From an uncultured Thermoplasmata archaeon (GTDB lineage: Archaea; Thermoplasmatota; Thermoplasmata; Lutacidiplasmatales; UBA184), in NCBI GenBank assembly GCA_963713145.1, contig CAVQKI010000003.1:96532-160531 (forward strand): a stretch of 64,000 bases of DNA, given 5' to 3'. Positions 48,718 through 61,025 of this stretch are shown piece after piece. The notes below the pieces were generated by a model that worked only from the letters and a program-made list of their open reading frames with translations, was not told where the DNA came from and ran no database searches. How positions within the stretch are numbered: position 1 is the first letter of the stretch; the number at the start of each line of letters is the position of its first letter. A program made the position numbers and the translations under genes.

Positions 48718-49176
48718 CTAGCAGCACCCGCCGCCGCCACCGGAGCCGCAACCGCAACCACCGCCGCCACCGTGGCCGGCTTCCGCGCCGGGAGCCGCCA
48801 TGGTGAGGCTGGGGGCGACGATCTTGAATCCGGAGGCTTCGAGGTCCTGGACGTAGTCGATCCGCGCGCCGTTCAGCAGTTCGGCGCTCGAGTCGTCGAC
48901 GACGATCGAGAACCCATCGACCGGGATGACCTTGTCCCCGTTCCGGGGCTTGTCGAACGCCATCCCGAACGCCGGTCCTCCCCCGCCACCGCTGCCGCAT
49001 CCGCACCCACCGCCCTCGCCACCGCCGGAACCGCAGCCACCCGAGCCGCAGCCCCCGCCGCCGGACGATTGGAGATAGACGCGCACGGCGGTCCCGGGCT
49101 TCTGACCCTTCATCAGGTCCCGAACCTGGTCCTGCGCTTCTTTCGTGACTTCAAGGTTGATTCTACTATCGCTCAT
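48718..49176 (-). CDS. HesB/IscA-family Fe-S assembly protein with poly-Gly/Cys insertions
   Basis: IscA core (INLEVTKEAQDQV...VRVYLQS...FGMAFDK...GFSIVVDDSSAELLNGARIDYV...GFKI). SGGGGCGSGGCGSGGGEGGGCGCGSGGGGG replaces the GCSG loop, and there is a GHGGGGGCGCGSGGGGGCC tail. Confidence 0.7.
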   Translation of the reverse strand: MSDSRINLEVTKEAQDQVRDLMKGQKPGTAVRVYLQSSGGGGCGSGGCGSGGGEGGGCGCGSGGGGGPAFGMAFDKPRNGDKVIPVDGFSIVVDDSSAELLNGARIDYVQDLEASGFKIVAPSLTMAAPGAEAGHGGGGGCGCGSGGGGGCC

Positions 49177-49183
49177 TGCTGGG

Positions 49184-49228
49184 CCCTCCTTACGCGCCCG
49201 ATTAAGACACCACGAGGGACCTATAAAG
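49184..49228 (-). promoter_or_regulatory. TATA-like box and strong Shine-Dalgarno upstream of the Gly/Cys-rich iscA paralogue
   Basis: The minus strand reads gctttatagg (about 47-52 nt upstream) and taaggagggcccagcaATG, with AAGGAGG 7 nt before the ATG at 49176. Confidence 0.4.
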
Positions 49229-49253
49229 CTCCGGTTGCCGCGCGGTCAGGTCG

Positions 49254-49583
49254 TTAAGCCGAGAACGACTTCCCGCAGGAGCAGGTTTCCTTCGCGTTCG
49301 GGTTGTGGATCTTGAACCCGGACTGCTCGAGCCCGAGCAGGTAGTCGACCTTCAGGCCCTCGAGGAGAGGGGCGCTCGCCTTGTCGACCACGACCAGGAG
49401 GCCGGATTGGTCGTAGGCGACCTCGTCCCCAGACTGCCTCTGGTCGAACGTCATCCCGTACGTCAGCCCCGAGCATCCCCCGCCTTGGACGTAGAGGCGG
49501 AGCGCGGCGCCCGGCTTGCCCTGCTTTTCCATGATCTTCAGGACATGCTCCCGGGCGATGGGGGTGACTTCTACCGCGACCAT
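49254..49583 (-). CDS. iscA: IscA/ErpA-type Fe-S cluster insertion protein (canonical)
   Basis: LRLYVQGGGCSGLTYGMTFD and C-terminal NPNAKETCSCGKSF. Start taken at MVAVEVTP within ORF 49254..49634. Confidence 0.8.
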   Translation of the reverse strand: MVAVEVTPIAREHVLKIMEKQGKPGAALRLYVQGGGCSGLTYGMTFDQRQSGDEVAYDQSGLLVVVDKASAPLLEGLKVDYLLGLEQSGFKIHNPNAKETCSCGKSFSA

Positions 49584-49697
49584 GAACGTTCTCGGGAGTA
49601 CAACTCCCGCGGGGTGGGATAACGGTTCCTCCAACGGTGGCGTCGCTCGCCGACGCCTCGGAAGGGGCTATATCTTTCGAGCGGGCGTGACGCGTCC

Positions 49698-50565
49698 ATG
49701 TGCCGTCTGTTCGGGTTCCTGACCGCCCGCCCCGAGCCGTGCGAACAATGGCTGGTGCGGACCGACCGGTCGCTGCTCGCCCAGTCGAGCGTGACCCCCG
49801 AGAAGTCCCAGCGCGACGGCTGGGGGATCGCGTGGTACGAGGACGGGGGGCGGGTCCATGTCGAGAAGGGTGTGGGCGGGGCGTTCGAGCCCACCGAGCG
49901 CGAACGGTTCGTCGGGGCGGCCCACGACGCGCGACCGCCGCTGGTGATCGGGCATCTTCGTCACGCGAGCAATCCCCTCGAGCTGCCCAAGGAGCAGCTC
50001 ATCGGGCTCGCGAACTCCCAACCGTTCCACAACCACACGGTCCTGTTCGCCCACAACGGGGCGATCCCGTTCCCGCGGGAGACGCGCCCGATGCTGGGGG
50101 TACACGAATCCAAGGTCCAGGGCGTGAACGACAGCGAGGTCCTGTTCTGGCTGCTCCAGCGGAACACCGAGGAGACCGGCGACCCGCTGGTCGGCTACGT
50201 CCGGACGGTCGAGGACCTGGTCCGGGTCTGGCAAGGCCTCGGTCGGCCGGCCATCCCGCCGTTCTCGGGCCTCAACGTCCTCTACTCCCGCGGACCGGAC
50301 GAGCTCTGGGCGTTCTGCCAGTGGACCGGGGACCACGGGGCGGGGTTCTTCGACCCGGGGCGGCGGGACCGATGAGATGGCGTACCTGACGACGCCGCAC
50401 CACGTGATCGTGGGGAGCGAGCCGTTCGACGAGGAGCGGGGGTCGTGGCGGTCGCTGGCGAGCGGAACGTACCTGGTCGCGAAGCGGCGCGAGGGGCGCG
50501 TGGACGTCAAGGTCGGGCCCATCCCGATACCGACCGCCCTCGAGGTCCGGCCGGTCCCGGCGTGA
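49698..50565 (+). CDS. class II (Ntn) glutamine amidotransferase, YafJ-like, apparent frameshift near 50358
   Basis: N-terminal MCRLFG (catalytic Cys2), GHLRHAS and NSQPF motifs. The C-terminus (HHVIVGSEPFDEERGSWRSL) lies in ORF 50377..50565 after a GGGG run. Confidence 0.7.
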
Positions 50566-50581
50566 GAACCGTAACCCCTCC

Positions 50582-51500
50582 ATGATGCCCGGGGCCGGTC
50601 CTCCGAGCCAGATGATCTCGGGGCCGGACCTCGGGGCCGGATTCCTGCATCAGCTCTCGGTGGAGGGCGAGGCGGACCCGCGCGTTTTCACCTACCACGC
50701 CCAGGACGGGGGGGCTGACGCCGCAGGGCCGCCGAAGGGACCTCTGGACGTGCTCGATTTCGTCCACCCTCCCGCGCCGTGCATGTACGGGGGCCCTCGT
50801 TGCTGGCACCGCCGTTTCCGACTGCCTTTCGCGGAACTGCCGAAGGTCCGACTCGCGTACAATCGCAATCGGTTCGTCCTCCAGGCGATGATCGACCAGG
50901 CGTACGCGGGAGCGAAGCCCGATGTGGAAAGCGCCCTCGCGGAGCTGGTCGCCAGGGTCGCCGACCTTCTCGCTGCGGAGGGCATCCCATGGGTACGTCG
51001 GTGGTTCGGCGGGAGCCTGGTTGCAGGGAGCCCATGTGGCCCCCCGAGACATCGACCTGGGCACGACCCCGGCGGGAGTGACCCGGTTGGGTGAGCTCCT
51101 GGCGCTCTACCTCATCGAGCCCGTAGCGCCCACGGAGCGAGCCGGAGGGATTGGCGTGCGCGGCGCTCGGGCGTTCGTCGGCACGTTCGAGAAGGGAGCG
51201 CGCGTGGAATGGTCGGTTCGGACCGACCCGCAGGGTTCCCCTCCCCTTTCGGAGTTCGGGGGCCAGCCGGAGCAACTCCGGCTCGCCACGGTCCGGTACC
51301 GCGACCACGAGCTGAAGGTCACTCGACCCGAGTACAGCCTTATTCGCGCCGCCGAACGTGGAAGGACCGAGTCGGCGAGCGCTCTTGCCGCCCTCGTGAG
51401 GGAGCTCGGGCCGGATATCGAGCTGCTCGATGCGGAGCTCCGCCGTTCCAGCCTGACAGAGCCCCAGCGGGCCACGGTCCGGTCTCTCGTTCGGGGCTAA
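50582..51500 (+). CDS. unknown N-terminal domain fused to a pol-beta-type nucleotidyltransferase domain, apparent frameshift near 50991
   Basis: ORF 50582..51094 joins ORF 50922..51500 at ...AAEGIPW / YVGGSAGAWLQGAHVAPRDIDLGT (GS...D-x-D nucleotidyltransferase signature). Confidence 0.5.
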
Positions 51501-51572
51501 GCGAAGCCCCAGCCCGCCCGTGGTTCCTTTCGACACTCACCTTCATAGCCCGGGGCCGGCGACCGAGGCGCA

Positions 51573-52349
51573 ATGCTCGCCCCGCAGTCGGTCCCCGCGC
51601 TCGAACACCTCACCCCGCATGATCTCGTCTCGTACTTCCGGTGCCCTCACGAGATGGAGCTCATCCGGGCGGGGCACTCGCTACGGTTCGGCGGGCCGGC
51701 GCTGCCCGTCCTCACGCCGCCGGACGTCGTCCCCCTCCGCCACTCTCCCCTCTTCGCGCCTCCCCTCGGGGCCGCACGGGTGAACGAAGGACGCCTCGAC
51801 CTCGACGAGCGCGACCACCTCGTCTATCAGGACCCGGGCGAAGACGACCTCCCGATGCTGTTCCCGCCCGAGCGGATCCGACTCGACGCCCGGTTCGTAG
51901 GCGGGACCGGGAACCTGGTCGACGCCGACCTCGGGTTCGCGGGTCGACCGGACATGGTCGTCGCACGGGCGGATGGGGGCCTCGTCCCGATCGAGTACAA
52001 GGCGACGCACCTGTTCGTCGGTTACCACGATGCCCACGGCCGGCCGTTCGACGCCCTTCAGGCAATCGCGGAATGTCGCCTCGTTCACACCGCGTTCGGT
52101 CGCCGACCCACGTACGGGATCGTGCTCTACGGTGACGCCTCGGGCGATGGGCAGCACGAGGGCTGGGTCGAGGTGCCCTACGGCGACGCCGAGGAGAGGT
52201 GGCTCGCCGTGGCCCTCCGCCAGATCCGGGAGGACCGCGTCCGTGCGCCGGTCCCCGCAGAGCGCAACTGCGCGGGATGCGAACCGAACGGCCAGGGTCG
52301 CTGCCTCTACGCCGCGGCCCGCTACGAGGGACCGCACCGGCGACCCTGA
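51573..52349 (+). CDS. Cas4/RecB-like PD-(D/E)xK nuclease with predicted 4Fe-4S Cys ligands (stand-alone)
   Basis: N-terminal Cys (YFRCPHE), GRPDMVVARADGGLVPIEYK (D...ExK) and C-terminal CAGCEPNGQGRC. No cas genes or array nearby. Confidence 0.6.
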   Translation: MLAPQSVPALEHLTPHDLVSYFRCPHEMELIRAGHSLRFGGPALPVLTPPDVVPLRHSPLFAPPLGAARVNEGRLDLDERDHLVYQDPGEDDLPMLFPPERIRLDARFVGGTGNLVDADLGFAGRPDMVVARADGGLVPIEYKATHLFVGYHDAHGRPFDALQAIAECRLVHTAFGRRPTYGIVLYGDASGDGQHEGWVEVPYGDAEERWLAVALRQIREDRVRAPVPAERNCAGCEPNGQGRCLYAAARYEGPHRRP

Positions 52350-52439
52350 TCCGGCCGCCGCCCACGACCGGCGGTCGGGACAATCCGCCCGAAGCAGGGG
52401 TCCCGGCGCTCTACGCCGGCGCGGCCTGTTTGACGAGGC

Positions 52440-53444
52440 CCCGGAGTCAAGATAGGCCACGATCGGGTCGATGATCCGCTCTCGCAGCATCGTCGGGTTC
52501 GTCCACCGAAAGAGCGACGGCTCGACGTAGCACGCGAGCGCGCACTTGTTGCACTTCTCGTACGGCTCCCAGGGGTAGGAATTCCACAGCGCTCGGACGT
52601 CGATGTCCCACACGTGGTCGCCGCCGCCGTATTCTCGGAGGGTGTAACAGGGCAGTACCACACGACCCTGGGGGTCGACGTTCATCGTCAGCCACGGCTT
52701 GCACCGCCACGGCACGTCGCCGAACCAGGATCCGATGACGCTCGTGAAGTATTCCCTCGACTCGAGGATGGGGGCGCCACCCTCCTTCAGCTCCAGCAGG
52801 CGCTCGAGCGTCCGGCGCAGCTTCTGGCCCCCGGGCGCGAGGCGCTCGGCCGAAGAGTAGTCGTACGCGACCTGAAACGTCACCCCGACGTCCAGGTCTC
52901 CCGCGAGCGAGACGATCTTCTCCGCGTCGTCCAGGTTCTCTCGCGTAAGGGTGGCGCTAATCGCGACCGGAAGCCGTCCGCCCACGGACTTGATCCCTGC
53001 GACCGCCCGGTCGAACGAGCCCGGGATCCCGCGGAGCCGGTCGTGGAGCTCGCCGATCCCGTCGAGCGAGACGAACAGAAGGTCGAGGTAGGGCGCGAGA
53101 TCGTCGATCCGGCTGCGTAGCAGCCAGCCGTTGGTGACCAGCGACGTGTGGAACCGCTTGTGGGACTCCGCCAGGATCTCGGGCAGGTCCTTCCGGAGCA
53201 GGGGTTCGCCCCCCTCGAACCCGAGGAACGAGACTCCCGCCCGAACGAGCGAGTCCATCATCCGGACCTCCTCTTGCACGGTCAGCAGCGCCTCGTCCTC
53301 CCGTCGCCAGAACGGGCACATGCCGCACTCGAGGTTGCACCGGTAGAGCAGCTTGTGGCCCGCGATCACGGGGGCCTTCCCGCCGACCCCTGTACGCGCC
53401 GTGCGCCACATCGACCGCAGGAAGACGGGGCGGACGAGCGCCAT
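52440..53444 (-). CDS. radical SAM enzyme with C-terminal auxiliary Cys cluster (SPASM/twitch-like); 3' end uncertain, ORF stays open to 51681
   Basis: YRCNLECGMCPFW (CxxxCxxC), GGEPLL and C-terminal CKPW...LPCY...KCNKCALACY. Beyond about 52440 the ORF is Arg/Gly/Pro-rich and antisense to the Cas4-like gene. Confidence 0.75.
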
Positions 53445-53811
53445 GGGGCCCTGACCCGCTACGGCTCTCCTATCACAAATGGTTCACGTCGCGAGCCGCG
53501 GACCCACGAGCTGGCCGTCCGCGGTTCAGGAGCCCGTTCCGAAGAGGGTTGTCCGAGAGAATCCTCGAACGCGGGTTTCCACTGGGCGGCCGAGCCTTCC
53601 CGGGGAGTCGTATTACACCAAAGCCCTCCCTCGCGCAAGGAATTAATACCACGTCCCCTTCGTCCCGAGGCCGCGCCACGGCGTCGCTGTTCGGTCGGCA
53701 CATGCACCCGCAGAGGCTCGGGCCTCTCCGGGGAAGGGCGAGGGCTCTCCGCCGCTAGCCGGAGGGCCGATGACGCCGATCACACGCGTTCTGGACGCTT
53801 GTCAAACGAAT

Positions 53812-56752
<2,941 letters not shown>

Positions 56753-56793
56753 TACTGGATCCGTTTGACAGTTACGCAGAACGCGTGTGGTTC

Positions 56794-56801
56794 TTTTTTT
56801 T
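56794..56801 (+). terminator. oligo-T terminator after the 23S processing stem
   Basis: A T8 run within ggttc-tttttttta-gaacc lies just 3' of the processing helix. Confidence 0.5.
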
Positions 56802-56983
56802 AGAACCCCGAAAGAGCACCGTCCAGCGTAGCGTTTCCCGACCGGGGCGCTTGTCGCGACGCGTGCTAATCGCCTGCCGGAAGGCTGGACGAACGCCGGC
56901 ACCGCGGGACCCCGCCGCGCCGAAGAAACCGTTATCATCGAACGGCCCGATTCTCGGGATGCCACGTCGCCGGGTCCCGCTCT

Positions 56984-57832
56984 GTGAAGGTTGTGATTCC
57001 TGCCGCCGGTCTGGGAGTGCGCTTCCTTCCCGCGACCAAGAGCATGCCCAAGGAGATGCTCCCGGTCGTCGACCGGCCGGTCATCCAATACGTGGTCGAG
57101 GACGCGGCCGCCTCGGGCGCGGACGACGTCCTCATCGTCACGGGACGCACGAAGCGCGCGATCGAGGACCACTTCGACCAGAACCCCGAGCTCGACCATG
57201 TCGCCGACCTGCCGGTGCTGGCCGACCTGGAGGCGCTCGCCGAGAAGGTCCGCCTCCACTTCATCCGCCAGCGGGCTCCCCTCGGCCTCGCGAACGCCGT
57301 CGCCTACGCGGAACGGCACGTCGGCCGCGAGCCGTTCGGGGTGCTTCTCGGCGATACCATCAACGTCTGCGACCCACCGCTCCTCCGCCAGCTTCGCAAC
57401 CGGTTCGATGCGCTGGGCGGCAAGAGCAGCGTGCTGGCGATCGAGACCGTGCCCGACGAGAAGGTCGGGGACTACGGGATCGTCGGGGGACCGGAGGTCC
57501 AGCCGGGGGTGGTCGAGATCCGGACCCTGGTCGAGAAGCCGACGTTGGCCGAGGCGCCATCCCGCCTCGGAATCACCGGGGCCTACATCCTGACGCCCGG
57601 GATCTTCGACGCGATCCGGGAGACCGCTCCCGGCCGGAACGGGGAGGTCCAGCTCACGGACGCCCTCGCGCGACTGGCGCGCAAGGAGAAGGTCTACGGC
57701 GTCACGTTCCAGGGCCGTCGCTACGACATCGGGGACCGCTTCCTCTGGTTGAGGACGAACGTCGAGTTCGCGCTGCGCGACCCCGAACTGGGAGACCGCC
57801 TCCGCGCCTACCTCGCGGAACAGAAGCGCTAG
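56984..57832 (+). CDS. galU: UTP--glucose-1-phosphate uridylyltransferase
   Basis: VIPAAGLGVRFLPATKSMPKEMLPVVDRPVIQYVVEDA and VEKP motifs. Confidence 0.85.
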   Translation: MKVVIPAAGLGVRFLPATKSMPKEMLPVVDRPVIQYVVEDAAASGADDVLIVTGRTKRAIEDHFDQNPELDHVADLPVLADLEALAEKVRLHFIRQRAPLGLANAVAYAERHVGREPFGVLLGDTINVCDPPLLRQLRNRFDALGGKSSVLAIETVPDEKVGDYGIVGGPEVQPGVVEIRTLVEKPTLAEAPSRLGITGAYILTPGIFDAIRETAPGRNGEVQLTDALARLARKEKVYGVTFQGRRYDIGDRFLWLRTNVEFALRDPELGDRLRAYLAEQKR

Positions 57833-57862
57833 GGCGGGACGCCCCGGTCGCGGACCTCTGTC

Positions 57863-58847
57863 TCACGCGACCGGGATCTTGAGCCACTCGGGGTTCGAGC
57901 GGGCCCAGGCGACCGTTGCCGTGAGACCGGCGGGAAGGTCCGTCCGGGGCGTCCATTTCAGCAGTCGGGCGGCCTTTCGCACGTCCGGGATCCGGCGGGG
58001 GATCTCCTCGAATCCGGCGCCGAACGTCGCGCGGGGGTCCTCGTGCCGCGCCTTCAGGTCCGAACCGCAGACCTGCGCGGTCTCGCGGACCAGCTCAAGG
58101 ATCGTGCGCTCGCGCGGATTGCCCAGGTTGAACGTCTCGCCGACGGCGGCGTTCGAATCGAGCGCTCGGAGGAGGCCCTCTACGAGGTCCCCGATGAACG
58201 TGAAGCAGCGTGTCTGGAGGCCGTCGCCGTAGATCACCGGAGGCTTCCCGTTCAGCATCTTGTGCACCGTGATCGGGACAACGAACGAGGGCCTCTGGCG
58301 CGGGCCATAGATGTTGAACGGCCGGACGATGGTCGTCGGCACGCCGTACTGGGTGTGCGCGGCGTTCACGAGGTGCTCGCAGATCCCCTTGCTCGAGGAG
58401 TAGCTCCAGCGGTCGAGCGAGGGGTCTCCCAGGACGCGGTCGGCGTTCTCTGCCCACGGAACGTTCGGATTGCGGCCGTAGACCTCGCTCGAGCTGAGGT
58501 ACAGGCATCGGGTGGCCAGGGTCGTCCGGCAGGCGTGGATGACGGCCATCGTGCCCAGGACGCCGGACTCGATCGTGGTCATGGGGGTCCGATGGTACGA
58601 TTCCACGCCCGACGGTGGCGGCGGCGTGCACCACGGCCGAGGGCCGGCCCGAGAGCGCCTTCGCTACGAGGGTCGCTCGGGTCATGTCGCACCGGCGGTA
58701 GGTGAATCCAGGGCGGAGGGACGCTTCCCGAAGGTTGCCCGGGAGCTTCCCGGGCAGGTCGAGGGCGAGGACGTCCTCGCCCCGGGCGAGGAGCGCGTCC
58801 GTCAGATGGCTGCCGATGAACCCGCCGGCCCCGGAGACTACGATCAT
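57863..58847 (-). CDS. NAD-dependent nucleotide-sugar epimerase/dehydratase, apparent frameshift near 58608
   Basis: MIVVSGAGGFIGSHL (ORF 58095..58847) joins ESYHRTPMTTIES...YSSSK...RPFNIYGP (ORF 57863..58606). Confidence 0.8.
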
Positions 58848-58868
58848 GGGGGTTCCGGTACGGTCACC

Positions 58869-60149
58869 TCAACGGACCAGCTCGGGGGTAGGGAGCGGGA
58901 TGATCACGCTCTTGATCCGGCTTCCGCGGAGGGGGGCGAGCCTCGCCAGTATTTCGTCCTTCAGCCTCCACGCCAGGATCAGGACGCAGTCCGTGGGTCT
59001 CTGCTCGAGCGCGGACGAGTCGGTGATGGGGATGTGCGAGCCCGGCGTGACCAAACCCTGCTTCAACGGGTTGTCGTCCACGATGTACTCGATCTGGTCG
59101 CGGCCGAACCCGCAGTAGCTGAGCAGCGTGGTCCCGGTCGAGGGGGCCCCGTAGGCGGAGATCGTCTGGCCGCTCGACCGGACGTCGTTGACGGTCGCGC
59201 GGAGGGCCGTCCGGAGACCTTCCACCTGGGCACCGAACCGCGCGTAGGCGTCGAACCGGTCGAGGCCCGCGCGGACCTCGTCGGAGAGGGTCTTCGCCAC
59301 CGAGGGCAGGGGTTCGCGGGTGCCTTCGCGCTTCTGGGCGAAGACCCGCAAGCGACCCGCCGTACGCGTCGCTCCTCTCCGCGCGGAATACCACGAAACC
59401 CGCCTGGGCGAGCAGGTTCTGGAGCGAGTGAAGGGTGAAGCAGAACAGGAGCTCGTGGTAGAAGGTGTCGAACGCGACCTTCTCGGCGACATCAGGGAAG
59501 TACGCCCTGACCTTCGAGAACGAGGACGCCGTTCGGCCGGAGCATCCGCGTCGACCGACCGGAGCAGGCGGACCGGGTCCCGGATGTGCTGAAGGACCTG
59601 GGTCGCGCTGATCACGTCCGCCGGCCCGTGCAGGGAGAGCAGCTCGTCGGCCGCCGCGTCGTCGAAGAACCGGTTGATCGTGGGCACGCCGTGGCCCCTT
59701 GCGATCTCCGAGATCTTGGGGGACGGCTCCACGCCCACGATCCCGCAGTTGGGCGCCTGCGCGCGAACGGAGCGGAGCAGGAGGCCGTCGTTGCTGCCGA
59801 TGTCCACGAACAGCGCGTCCGGGCGTGGGGTGACCGTGCTGACGATGTCCGCCGCGAGGGCGCGGTAGTGGCGCTCGAGCGTAGCCCCGGTCGGCACGTA
59901 GGAGTAGTTGCGGTAGACCTTCTCGATCGCGGAGACGGGAGCGGGCTCGACGATCTGGACGAGGTAGCAGCTCTCGCAGAAGCCGATGTCGAGCGGGAAC
60001 TGCTGTTCGCCGGAGATCTCCTTCGGTGCGATGAACGCGTTCCCCATGGGGAGCGACCCGAGCGACAGGAACGGCCGCACGGCTCCAGGGGCGCCGCAGA
60101 CCCGGCAGACCGTCCGCGTGGTGCCTGAGTGCTCGCGGAGGTCCGTCAT
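58869..60149 (-). CDS. SAM-dependent sugar C-methyltransferase-like protein (Zn-binding N-domain, class I MTase and C-methyltransferase C-domain), three apparent +1 frame breaks
   Basis: CRVCG...LSLGSLPMGNAF...FCESCYLVQ N-domain and VDIGSNDG SAM motif. The internal block MLRPNGVLVLE / AYFPDVAEKVAFDTFYHE...GGSL is read in two other frames before returning to RVFAQKREG. Confidence 0.7.
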   Translation of the reverse strand: MTDLREHSGTTRTVCRVCGAPGAVRPFLSLGSLPMGNAFIAPKEISGEQQFPLDIGFCESCYLVQIVEPAPVSAIEKVYRNYSYVPTGATLERHYRALAADIVSTVTPRPDALFVDIGSNDGLLLRSVRAQAPNCGIVGVEPSPKISEIARGHGVPTINRFFDDAAADELLSLHGPADVISATQVLQHIRDPVRLLRSVDADAPAERRPRSRRSGRTSLMSPRRSRSTPSTTSSCSASPFTRSRTCSPRRVSWYSARRGATRTAGRLRVFAQKREGTREPLPSVAKTLSDEVRAGLDRFDAYARFGAQVEGLRTALRATVNDVRSSGQTISAYGAPSTGTTLLSYCGFGRDQIEYIVDDNPLKQGLVTPGSHIPITDSSALEQRPTDCVLILAWRLKDEILARLAPLRGSRIKSVIIPLPTPELVR

Positions 60150-60180
60150 GGAGGGCAGCGGTCCCGGTCGTCCGCGACGT

Positions 60181-60925
60181 TCAGCGCAGGATAAGACTAC
60201 GGTGGCCCCGCTCGTTCTCCGGCCACTCGAGGACGGTCACGCCGGAGTCCCTCGAGACGAGGACCGCCGACCCGGAGCGGACCGGAATGCCGCTCAGCGC
60301 GCGCGTGGCCGCAAGGTCCCCGACCAGCGCCGCCACCGTGTCCGGGTTCAGCTGGCGGGACGAGTCCTCGGCGCCGTAGAGGGCCGCCCGCATCTCGGTG
60401 TCCATGCCGCCCGGACAGACGGAGACGCACGAGCACGCGGGTCTCGTCCACCTCCTTTGCCGCAGCGAGCGTGAGCGAGACGAGTGCCGTCTTGCTCGCG
60501 GAGTAGGCGGCGAGGCCCGGAACGGGGGCGAGCGCCGCCCGGGACGCGATGTTGACCACCACTCCCCCCTCCGGCTGGGCGAGCATCACGGGCAGAGCCC
60601 GCCGCATCAGGGAGAACGGGCCCAGCACGTTGGTGCCGAAGCACCGTCGCGCGACCTCCTCGGAGGTCCCGGAGATCGGCGTGGGAGCGTTCGCATACCC
60701 GGCGTTGTTCACGAGCACGTCCAGCCGGCCGAACCGCGCGACCATCTCGTCCATGAACGCGTCCACCGCCGCGGGATCGGAGACGTCGACCCTCCGGTGG
60801 AGCGCCTCCCCGAGCCCCGGTGCCGCGGAGGAGGTCGAGCACGTCACCACGCAGTATTTTCGTCCCACCAGCGCCCGCGTCACGGCGCGCCCGAGACCAC
60901 GACCCGCTCCGGTGACAAGCGCCAC
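60181..60925 (-). CDS. short-chain dehydrogenase/reductase, apparent frameshift near 60428; start tentative (GTG 60925)
   Basis: ALVTGAGRGLG, NNAG and YSASK in ORF 60197..62503. The C-terminus PGGMDTEMRAALYG... is in ORF 60181..60405. Confidence 0.7.
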
Positions 60926-61025
60926 CGGGACCGGCGCGTGCCTTCCGCCCTCCGGCCACGCCCCGCTTCGAGGCGATCGAACGCGTCGCAGACGGACGTC
61001 CGGGGACGGGTCTTGGGGGCTCTCG

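Noticed and set aside
51573-52349. The Cas4-like nuclease as evidence of a CRISPR-Cas locus.
   Set aside because: There is no repeat-spacer array, no cas1/cas2 and no effector genes anywhere in the 64 kb. Stand-alone Cas4/RecB-like nucleases are common.
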